Source: Candidatus Bipolaricaulota bacterium (GTDB lineage Bacteria > Bipolaricaulota > Bipolaricaulia > UBA7950 > UBA9294). From it: a stretch of DNA of 50,720 nt. The stretch spans positions 1-50,720 of the forward strand of contig JAKLFO010000001.1 of NCBI GenBank assembly GCA_022711155.1, written 5' to 3'. The position numbers were made by a program, and so were the translations under genes. The notes beneath the pieces were generated by a model. The model was not told where the DNA came from, ran no database searches, and saw nothing but the letters and a program-made list of their open reading frames with translations. Positions 9,703 through 17,580 of this stretch are shown here, piece by piece. Every line of letters begins with the position of its first letter. Within the stretch, counting starts at the first letter, position 1.

Positions 9703-11850
9703 TTACAGCTTCTTCTCGCCGACTTCGGGCTTCGCTCCCGCCGCGGACAGGACTTCGCCGAGCTTGCCGGCACGCGCCAGTCCAGTGAGCGAGGCGAAGA
9801 ACGCGCTCATCGCACCCTGATCGCCGCCGCTTCCGCCGGTCACCGACACCTCGGGCACGAACGGCTGCTGGCTCGTCGCCAGCGCCTGGACGACGTTGAC
9901 GAGCGTCGTGCCCTCGCGTCCGAGGGCCTCCATCTGCCGCATGTAGCCGTCGGCCTTGGCGAGGGCGATCGCGCGCACCTCGGCGCCCTTCGCGGTTCCT
10001 ACCTTCTCGAGGTACGTGGCCTCTCCGGCGGCCTCGCGCATGCGCGCCGAGGCCGTGTTCTGGGCGATGTCGATCCCGACGCTCGATCGCGCGAGCGCCG
10101 CCTGCTGGTCGGCGAGTCCGCGTTGCTGCTCCGTCGCGATGCGCGCCGTCTCCGCGGCCTGCTGCTTCTGCAGCGTGAGGATCTGCTGGTTTGCGATCTC
10201 GCGCTCGGTGAGCACCTTCGTCAGCTCCTCCGGCAGGATGACGTCCTGAATGAAGACGCCGCGGGTGTCCACGTTGTAGATCTCCAGCTGCTTCATGATG
10301 TGCTGGAACGCCTCTTCCTGCACCTTCTGGCGGTTCTCGATGAACTGGATCGCCGGCATGCTCTGGAGCTTGTCACGGAAGTGGTTGCCCACCGCGGCCT
10401 GCAGCACTTCATTGACGAGGTTCTGCATCGTGCCGACCGCCGAGATGACGCGCGACGCCATCGTGTCCGGAACGTGGATCTGTACCTGGAGATCGATCTT
10501 GAACACGAACCCCTCGCGGCTCTTCGCCACGATCTGACTCAGGTGCCGGTCGAGGCGGTGCGCTTCCGAGACCTGCGTCGCCCAGTTCAGGGTGAGAATC
10601 GACGTGGGGACGATCTCGGCGTCGTAGCAGCGCGGATTGATCGCGTACTTGCCCGTGCGCAGCGTCTCCTGCCAGATCCCGCGGTGCCCGGGGCGAACGA
10701 GCGTGCCGAACCGGAAGCCCTCGCCCGACGTGTCCTGCGGAACCAGCCCGACGTACGACTTGACGACCCCGACTTGTCCCTGCTCGACGACGAGCATGGG
10801 GACCAGCTCAACCTCCACGAGGTAAGGATTGAGGTTGAACGTTCCGTAGAGCAAGGGATCGTGCTGCAGCCCGATGCGCCCGCCAGCGTCGAGGAACGCC
10901 TGGAAGTCCTGGTAGTTGTCGTGTAGGCGCACTTTGCTGTCGAGGATGAGGTCGCTCAGCTCGGCATCGGTGGCGCCGGCCTCCTCACGCTTGCGGATGT
11001 CGTCGAACCCGCCGATACGGCAGGCGATGTCGCCCGGGTCGAGCGGCGGCCCCTCGTGCACGCGCACGATGCCGATCACGTCGACCAGTTTCACTCGATC
11101 CTGGTTCGTGAGATCGATGTGCGCCATGGGCGCGCGCGGCGTCGACGCCTGCCCGCCCTTTTCCGGTCCCACCTCGCGCAGGGCCTCCCCTTCGGTTGCG
11201 AAGACGTTGCGACGCTCGACATTCTGGATCAGTTGGTCGTGCACGTGCAGGGCGCCGATCTCTTGCTGCTCGGTCCCTACAACCACCTGGGGCCGGATGA
11301 CCACCTGCTTGAATCGATCGGAGGGAAGCGCCTTCGCTTTTTCCAAGGCCTCTTTCGAGATCGGGACTCCGTACATGGCGCTCGCCGTACGCACGATGAA
11401 CGCCGCCGGATGGATGGCGAGAACCGAGCCGGGGCGAAGCGTCGGACGCTGCGGCCCCTTCTGCCCCCCGTTCTCCACGAACGCTCGGACGTCGGAGAAG
11501 TCGCCGAACACGGGTTTGTAGACTCCCGACTTCTGGCCTTCCTTCAGGCTCTGCCCGACCTGGGCGATCACAACGCCGATCTCGCCCGCCGGCACCTGCA
11601 CCATCGGGTGGCGAGTCACCTTGTAGATCGGCCACAGCTTGAACCACAGGCCCGCGCGGAGCAGGTTCGCCTGGTACCCGGCTTCCCCGCGGAAGGCGAT
11701 TGGATCGTCGCCGCGAAGCTTCCGGAAGCTCACGCGCTTCAGCACGAGGCCCACTTCCGTCGGCCCGATATTGCGGATCGACTTCAGGAGCACGATGAGG
11801 ACCAACACACCGACGACGAGCCAAACCACCGTCGACGTCATGCTCGACAC
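9703..11850 (-). CDS. Flotillin-like SPFH/band-7 domain protein.
   Basis: An N-terminal TM helix (VVWLVVGVLVLIVLL) is followed by an SPFH-like region (IGPTEVGLVLKR...). The C-terminus has an alanine/glutamate/glutamine-rich coiled-coil (LTLQKQQAAETARIATEQQRGLADQQAALA). I chose the GTG at 11850, 7 nt after AAGGAG. The track start at 11856 is also possible. Confidence 0.85.
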   Translation of the reverse strand: MSSMTSTVVWLVVGVLVLIVLLKSIRNIGPTEVGLVLKRVSFRKLRGDDPIAFRGEAGYQANLLRAGLWFKLWPIYKVTRHPMVQVPAGEIGVVIAQVGQSLKEGQKSGVYKPVFGDFSDVRAFVENGGQKGPQRPTLRPGSVLAIHPAAFIVRTASAMYGVPISKEALEKAKALPSDRFKQVVIRPQVVVGTEQQEIGALHVHDQLIQNVERRNVFATEGEALREVGPEKGGQASTPRAPMAHIDLTNQDRVKLVDVIGIVRVHEGPPLDPGDIACRIGGFDDIRKREEAGATDAELSDLILDSKVRLHDNYQDFQAFLDAGGRIGLQHDPLLYGTFNLNPYLVEVELVPMLVVEQGQVGVVKSYVGLVPQDTSGEGFRFGTLVRPGHRGIWQETLRTGKYAINPRCYDAEIVPTSILTLNWATQVSEAHRLDRHLSQIVAKSREGFVFKIDLQVQIHVPDTMASRVISAVGTMQNLVNEVLQAAVGNHFRDKLQSMPAIQFIENRQKVQEEAFQHIMKQLEIYNVDTRGVFIQDVILPEELTKVLTEREIANQQILTLQKQQAAETARIATEQQRGLADQQAALARSSVGIDIAQNTASARMREAAGEATYLEKVGTAKGAEVRAIALAKADGYMRQMEALGREGTTLVNVVQALATSQQPFVPEVSVTGGSGGDQGAMSAFFASLTGLARAGKLGEVLSAAGAKPEVGEKKL

Positions 11851-12117
11851 AGCCACTCTCCTTGGCCTCCGCCGCCGGGGCCTGCGGGCGCGCTTCCGGC
11901 GCGCCGCCTTCTCCCTGCGCAGAGGGACAAGGGATCATAGGTAAGCAGGAAGCCTGAGGCAACAGCCGACATTCTCCGCGTGGATCGCGGCGGACCCGCC
12001 CCCAGGCCTGTCCCTGCGGGCAGAGCCTCGGCCGGCGAGACGAGCAGGAGATGCTCCGCGGTGAACCTGGCGCCGCTGGCGGCGCACGCACCTGTGACCA
12101 AAGGAGAGGGAGGACGA

Positions 12118-13185
12118 ATGGTGAGGCTCGATCGTCTGACGGAAGAGGAGTTCGCACGCTGGCTGGAGCTCTCGGCACAGCGGCAGGCGGACGACCGCGC
12201 GTGGGTCAATGGGTCGGACCCGGCGGTCGAACGCGCGCAGGTGAATGCGATGGTGCCGGTCCTCTTGCCGAACGGTCTCGACTCGCCGGGCCACGCCTTC
12301 CGCGTCGCCCGAGACGCGTCCGGAGAGGAACTCGGGTTCGTCTGGGTCGGCGCGTTGCCCGACGCCCCCGAAGGCACGTGCATCCTGTTCGATCTCTTCG
12401 TCCACGAGCCGCATCGCGGTCGCGGCATCGGGCGGGCGATCCTCGAGCAGACCTTCGACCTCTTGCGCGCTGACGAAGTGGACACCGTGGTGCTCTACGT
12501 TCGCGCCGACAACGCGCCGGCGCGCGCGCTCTACGCGCGTCTGGGGTTCGTCGCCGTCGACGCGCCGGAGGGCGCGAAGGACCTACAGATGCGGAAGGCC
12601 CTCGAGCCGGATCCCATGGCCGCGCGCACCGTCACGCTCGAACGCCAGCACGTCACGCTGGGCAGCCTGACCGGAGAGGGCTGGGTCCTCGACATCGGCG
12701 GGGGCGGAGAGGGAGTGATCGGGCTGGTTGGCGGAGCGAGGGTCGTGGCGATCGACCGCCTCAAGGAGGAACTCGTCGAGGCGCCGGCCGGGCCGCTCAA
12801 GATCGTGATGGACGCGCGCGATCTCCAGTTCCCCGACGCGACGTTTGGGACGGCGACCGCGTTCTACAGTCTGCTCTACATGCGGGACGAGGACTTGCCA
12901 CGAGTTCTTGCCGAAGTCCATCGCGTGCTCACGCCGGGCGGCCGGTTCCTCGTCTGGGACTCGATCCTGCCGCCCCGAGTCGATGAAGGAAAGGATGTCG
13001 CCGTCGTCCCGGTCACAGTCGCGCTGCCGAACGGAAAGGCGATCTCGACGGGCTACGGCGTTCGGTGCCCAGAGGAAGGCCGCGATGCCGCCTACTATCC
13101 GCGTCTGGCGGAGGCGGCAGGCTTCGAGACACTGTGCGTGGACGTCGCGGAGCAGCAGATCGCGATCGTCCTGCGCAAGTCCTAG
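12118..13185 (+). CDS. GNAT N-acetyltransferase fused to a class I SAM-dependent methyltransferase.
   Basis: AAGGAGAGGGAGG precedes the ATG at 12118. GNAT motif A is HEPHRGRGIGRAIL. Methyltransferase motif I is VLDIGGGGEG and the post-I region reads IVMDARDLQFPD...LTPGGRFLVWD. Both domains lie in one frame with no stop between them. Confidence 0.8.
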   Translation: MVRLDRLTEEEFARWLELSAQRQADDRAWVNGSDPAVERAQVNAMVPVLLPNGLDSPGHAFRVARDASGEELGFVWVGALPDAPEGTCILFDLFVHEPHRGRGIGRAILEQTFDLLRADEVDTVVLYVRADNAPARALYARLGFVAVDAPEGAKDLQMRKALEPDPMAARTVTLERQHVTLGSLTGEGWVLDIGGGGEGVIGLVGGARVVAIDRLKEELVEAPAGPLKIVMDARDLQFPDATFGTATAFYSLLYMRDEDLPRVLAEVHRVLTPGGRFLVWDSILPPRVDEGKDVAVVPVTVALPNGKAISTGYGVRCPEEGRDAAYYPRLAEAAGFETLCVDVAEQQIAIVLRKS

Positions 13186-13206
13186 ACGCGGGACGGCCGG
13201 GCTCTG

Positions 13207-13268
13207 TAATGCGCATCACGCGGCTGCGTGTGATGCGCGTCGCCTTCGTCCGACGTGATGTGCATCAC
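13207..13268. repeat. Three spaced copies of a 14-bp palindromic motif, GTrATGyGCrTCrC.
   Basis: The copies are GTAATGCGCATCAC (13207), GTGATGCGCGTCGC (13230) and GTGATGTGCATCAC (13255). Copies 1 and 2 can also pair as a 9-bp hairpin (GCGCATCAC with GTGATGCGC). Confidence 0.5.
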
Positions 13269-13449
13269 AGCCGGAGACCCGCCTCCATCCAACGGAAGCG
13301 CCGAGCGGCGCGGCAGCTTCTCCACTACCCGAACGTAGGCTCGCGCACATTCGGCCAGCGGAACTTGGGCCCGGAGCAGCCGACGCGACCGCACGCCCGC
13401 GTCGGCCCCAGCTGCTCGACAACGTCGGCCGTCGAGCAGCCCTGCCCTA

Positions 13450-13478
13450 GCCGAACGTAGGCTTTGCCTACGTTCGGC
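13450..13478. terminator. Perfect 13-bp hairpin overlapping the cyclase stop codon. Likely terminator for the convergent gene pair.
   Basis: GCCGAACGTAGGC, loop TTT, then GCCTACGTTCGGC. The right arm encodes the last codons and the TAG of the cyclase gene. A degenerate second copy (CCGAACGTAGGC...TTCGGCCA) lies at 13329-13358. Confidence 0.6.
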
Positions 13479-14340
13479 CAACTTCATGCAGCTGAGGGTT
13501 CTTCGCTCCGGCGATGTCACCGTGCTTGGTCAAGACGCACTCCGCCTTGATCGCCATGAGCTCCTCGTATCGGTCGTCCTCGACCATGGCGACGATGCGC
13601 GCGATCGAGCTCTCCCCGTCGACGAACCGCCACGGGAAACACCCGATCACGGCGCGCTGATTGAGCAGGAGGTCGATGTCGCCGCCCAGGCACTCGGCGT
13701 GGATGATGCCGTGGCCGAACAGCTCGATGTGCATGAGCTGGTACTTGCCGGCGTCGAACCGCTCGGCAAGCGGCTGGCCGTACTTGGTGCGGAAGTGCTG
13801 ATCGGCCTCTTTGGCCTGACGCGGCATCCAGTCTCGGATGATCGTGTTCATCGGGTGGTCGGCCGATCCGCAGTCGACGCCGATCCAGCGGATCCTCTTC
13901 TCGCGGCACCACAGCGCGAACTCCCGGTCGGGGCCCGGGTGCTTGACCATGTAGCGAACCTCGTCGGCCGTCGGCTGGTCCCACCCGTAGTGGTGGTAGC
14001 CGGTGTGGAGGATGAGGATGTCGCCTTCCTTCACCTCGACGCGCTCCTCGATCATGTCGGGGGTGTAGATGTCGTAGTCGCCCACGACGTCCGACAAATC
14101 GACGACCACCCCTTCATGGACGAGGAAGTCCAGGCTGAGCTGGGCGATGTCCTTGCCCGGGGTGTAGAAGTGGATCTCGCCGTCGAGGTGCGTGCCCACG
14201 TGATTCGAGTGCGTCACGAGCTGGCCGTTCGCCCCGTTTGGCGCGAGGCGCTTGAAGTACTTCACCTGGAGCGGCTCGTAGGTCGGCCACGGCGGCGTCG
14301 CGATCGAGAGCGGGATTGTCAGATCGATCAGTTTCATCAT
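13468..14340 (-). CDS. Cyclase-family protein, a metal-dependent hydrolase resembling kynurenine formamidase.
   Basis: The HxGTHxDxxxH motif is present as HVGTHLDGEIHF. GGAGGGA lies just upstream of a tandem ATG ATG, so the start may be 14337. Confidence 0.85.
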   Translation of the reverse strand: MMKLIDLTIPLSIATPPWPTYEPLQVKYFKRLAPNGANGQLVTHSNHVGTHLDGEIHFYTPGKDIAQLSLDFLVHEGVVVDLSDVVGDYDIYTPDMIEERVEVKEGDILILHTGYHHYGWDQPTADEVRYMVKHPGPDREFALWCREKRIRWIGVDCGSADHPMNTIIRDWMPRQAKEADQHFRTKYGQPLAERFDAGKYQLMHIELFGHGIIHAECLGGDIDLLLNQRAVIGCFPWRFVDGESSIARIVAMVEDDRYEELMAIKAECVLTKHGDIAGAKNPQLHEVGRT

Positions 14341-14360
14341 TCCCTCCGTTACAGCCTTTC

Positions 14361-14578
14361 ACCGCAGAGCGCGCAGACCGCTGAGAAGGAGGCTCGAACG
14401 GGAACGGATCCTTTGGTCCGCGCGACGCGTTTTGTCGCCACCCTCATCCCCGCCCCCGCGCATCCGACCCCAGCTACTCTGACTCTGCGCACCCCACGAC
14501 GGCTCCTGCCTGCCAATTCCGTCCACGTCCGGCCTTTCGTCCCTCTCCCCCTCTGCGTTCCTCTGCGCGCTCTGCGGT
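14361..14578. repeat. A 17-bp perfect inverted-repeat pair bracketing almost the whole intergenic region.
   Basis: ACCGCAGAGCGCGCAGA at 14361-14377 is the exact reverse complement of TCTGCGCGCTCTGCGGT at 14562-14578. The 184-nt spacer is strongly C-rich on the + strand. Confidence 0.5.
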
Positions 14579-16030
14579 TCATTCCTTCCTCGTATCCAGC
14601 GTCTGGGCAAGCGCTTGGACGGCCTGGGCGAAGCACTCGAACGGCGGCGTCACGAGCCCAGCGCCGATCATGCCGACGCCCGGATCCTTGTGCGCGATCC
14701 CCGTGTTGATCGCCGGGAGGATGCCCGTCTCGACAACGCGCAGGGCGTCGATACCGGTCGGCGTGCCGCGAAAGCCGAGCGCCGGGATTCGGTAGACCGG
14801 GCTCTCGCCGAGGGTGATCTTGGCCATCCTCCGCGTCGTCTCGAGAGCGCGCTCGGGGCTGCCTCCGACAAACTGGACGATGGCCGGCGCGGCGGCCATC
14901 GCGAACCCGCCGTAGCCGCCGGTCTCCGTGATCGCCGAGTCGCCGATGTCGGGCGCCGCGTCCTGCGGTCCATAGCCGGGAAAGTAGAGCCCGTCAACTC
15001 TCGGCGCCGGCGCCGTGAACCAGCGCGCGCCGGTTCCTGCGAGGCGCACGCCGAACTCGGTCCCGTTCCGAGCCATGACCGTCACGAGCGAGCTCCCCGG
15101 CGCCTCCGCCGCGGCGTCGAGCGCGCACTTGGCGGCCGGCATCGACAGGTTCAGGGTGAAGTGGTCGTTCCCGTTGAGGAACTCAAAGACGCGGGCCACG
15201 TCGTCGCGTCGCGCGGTCAGGCGCACGAGGTGTGGAGCGAGTTCCCGGATGAAGAGCGACGTCGCGGCACGGTTGCGGTTGTGACCCTCGTCCCCCATCT
15301 GCAGCGCCTGCGCCAAGAGGCTGCGCAGGTCGAGCGGGCCATGCGCGCGCAGCGCCTTCGCGAGGAGCGGCGCGAGGACCTCGCGCATCCAGACGAGGCG
15401 CACCACGACCTCCTCCGAGTACGCGCCGTAGCGCAATACCTTGCCGAGACCTTCGTTCAGGGTCGCGAAGGCGCGGTTCCCGAACGCGCCATTCTCGACG
15501 ATCCATACCGGCATCGAGGCGGTGATGACCCCGGCCATGGGTCCGACGGCCTGGTGCTCGTGGCACGGCGCGAAGCGGATCCGGCCCGATGCCGCAAGCT
15601 CGGCGGCCTCCTCGGCGGAAGCGGCCAGCTCCTCATAGAGCAGGCCGCCGATCACGGCGCCGCGCATCGGCCCGCACATGTCTTCCCACGCGACCGGAGG
15701 GCCGGCGTGTAGGACAGTCTCGGCATCCATCCTAGGGATGACCGCATCGGCGCGTCCGATCCCGATGACGCGCGGCTCGGCGGCGAGAAGGCGCTCCAGA
15801 GCGGCCGCGTTGGCCGACGCAATCGGCTCGCGCCATCCGGAGCCGTTCTCGTCCTCGAGGCTCTCGAGGATTCGTGCCAGCTCGACGTCCCCGCCCGCCG
15901 GAGGGCGCCAGTCGACGTGCACGGCCGCCCCGCCCGCCGCGCGGATGCTGTCGGCGAACGAGCGCAGGCCCAGGTTCACGACGCGAACCTCGCCCTCGAG
16001 GAGCCCGGCGTGTCTCGGCGCGCCCTTCAT
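14579..16030 (-). CDS. DUF1116 family protein (YlbE-like, partner of FdrA).
   Basis: The start MKGAPRHAGL overlaps the fdrA stop as ATGA. VVNLGLRSFADSIRAAGGAAVHVDWRPPAGGD resembles the conserved DUF1116 N-terminus as I recall it. This family assignment is from memory, not a search. Confidence 0.78.
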   Translation of the reverse strand: MKGAPRHAGLLEGEVRVVNLGLRSFADSIRAAGGAAVHVDWRPPAGGDVELARILESLEDENGSGWREPIASANAAALERLLAAEPRVIGIGRADAVIPRMDAETVLHAGPPVAWEDMCGPMRGAVIGGLLYEELAASAEEAAELAASGRIRFAPCHEHQAVGPMAGVITASMPVWIVENGAFGNRAFATLNEGLGKVLRYGAYSEEVVVRLVWMREVLAPLLAKALRAHGPLDLRSLLAQALQMGDEGHNRNRAATSLFIRELAPHLVRLTARRDDVARVFEFLNGNDHFTLNLSMPAAKCALDAAAEAPGSSLVTVMARNGTEFGVRLAGTGARWFTAPAPRVDGLYFPGYGPQDAAPDIGDSAITETGGYGGFAMAAAPAIVQFVGGSPERALETTRRMAKITLGESPVYRIPALGFRGTPTGIDALRVVETGILPAINTGIAHKDPGVGMIGAGLVTPPFECFAQAVQALAQTLDTRKE

Positions 16031-17580
16031 CTCGCCTCCTCGCGCGCGCGCCGAACCAAGAGGCGCGCGCACCATTCCGCGGCCTCCGCGTTTGACTCCG
16101 CCACGCGAATGCCCGCGGCTTCCAGAGTGCGACGCTGGTCGCGATACCCCTGAGGATCGCGATCGGTCCCTGTCACCGAGGCCACGACAACCGGTAGCCG
16201 TCCGGCGGGGCCCGCCTCGGCAGCGCGCTGGACGGCGTTTGCCAGACTCCCAGCGGGACTGGGGTGCGCACCGTAGCCAAGGACGCAGTCGACGAGAACG
16301 AGGCCGACGGCAGGGTCACCGAGCGCCCGCGCGACTTCCTCGTCGCGCAAGGCGGGTTCAATCATCGGGTGCGGCCGGCCGACGGTAAACGCGTCGTCGC
16401 CGAGATCCCACACGACATGCCCGGCAATCGTCGCTCCTGCCTTGACCTTGTACGCCGGGTCGGCGGCGACGTTGGAGCGGATGTCGATTCCACTCTCTCG
16501 AAGGATCGTCCAAGCCTCTTGAGCCAAGGTGCCGCCGCAGAAGAGCCCGCGCAGGCTGCCCGCTCGTTTCGGCAGTTCCGCCTCGGGCGCGTTGGAGAAG
16601 CGCGGCGCGGGGAGGCCGGCGAGATCGAGCGCCTGGCGTGCGGCATCGGCCAACGTCGCAGCGAAAGTCACCGCCCCACGCGGGGCGCGAGCAGGCGACC
16701 CAACGAACTGCACCACCGCGGGCTTCCGGGTGCCGGCCAGCCGCTCCAGGACGCGCTCGGCCACCCCGGGCTCGGGCGTCTTCGAGACGACCACGAGGAC
16801 GCGCGTGTCCGGATCGGCGGCCAGCATGTCGATGGCCGCGAGCATGGATCGTCCCCCGACAGCCTTCGAGAGGTCGCGGCCGCCGGTCCCGAGGGCGTGC
16901 GACGCGCCGCCGCCGGCTCGGTCGATGAGCGAGGCGATCTCCTGAATCCCCGTGCCCGACGCGCCGACGATGCCGATCGAGCCACGGCGAACGACGTTCG
17001 CGAACCCGAGCGCCGCCCCGCCGACGATCGCCGTGCCGCAGTCGGGGCCCATCACGAGGAGCCCGCGTCGCGCGGCCTCTTCCTTCAGCGCGACCTCGTC
17101 GTCCACGGATACGTTGTCCGAGAAGAGCATCACGTGGAGGCCGCGGCGCAGCGCGCGCCGGGCTTCCGCCGCGGCGTACGCGCCGGGAACCGAGATCACG
17201 GCGAGGTTCGCCCGCGAGTCGACCGAGAGAGCGTCTCCCAGCGTGGAGGGCAGCTCCTCGGACGCTTCGCCGCGCTCCGCGCCCGCCGCTAGGAGCCGGG
17301 ATAGCTTCTCCTCGGCGGCGCGCAGGGCATCCGCGTCGGCCGCTTCCAGGGCGACCACGAGATCGTCGGGGCGAGCGCCAGATCGCGGGAGCGGCTCTCC
17401 CGACGCGTCGCGCAGGTCGGACGCGTCGAACCCCACCCGCGCCAGGTTCTCGAGGTTGGCCGGAGTTCCCATCGCTACGGCCGCGCGCGACACGCCGGGC
17501 GTCTCTTCGAGCGTCCGGCTGATCCGAAGGAGGAAGACCGAGTCGAAGTAGCGGCCGCGCTGCAGGAGAAGGCGTTTCAT
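16027..17580 (-). CDS. fdrA: FdrA family protein (acyl-CoA synthetase-like, related to succinyl-CoA synthetase alpha).
   Basis: Regions seen are YFDSVFLLRISR...AVAMGTPANLENL, the CoA-ligase-like GPDCGT and GIVGASGTGIQE. The start overlaps the stop of the molybdenum subunit as ATGA. Confidence 0.85.
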   Translation of the reverse strand: MKRLLLQRGRYFDSVFLLRISRTLEETPGVSRAAVAMGTPANLENLARVGFDASDLRDASGEPLPRSGARPDDLVVALEAADADALRAAEEKLSRLLAAGAERGEASEELPSTLGDALSVDSRANLAVISVPGAYAAAEARRALRRGLHVMLFSDNVSVDDEVALKEEAARRGLLVMGPDCGTAIVGGAALGFANVVRRGSIGIVGASGTGIQEIASLIDRAGGGASHALGTGGRDLSKAVGGRSMLAAIDMLAADPDTRVLVVVSKTPEPGVAERVLERLAGTRKPAVVQFVGSPARAPRGAVTFAATLADAARQALDLAGLPAPRFSNAPEAELPKRAGSLRGLFCGGTLAQEAWTILRESGIDIRSNVAADPAYKVKAGATIAGHVVWDLGDDAFTVGRPHPMIEPALRDEEVARALGDPAVGLVLVDCVLGYGAHPSPAGSLANAVQRAAEAGPAGRLPVVVASVTGTDRDPQGYRDQRRTLEAAGIRVAESNAEAAEWCARLLVRRAREEAR

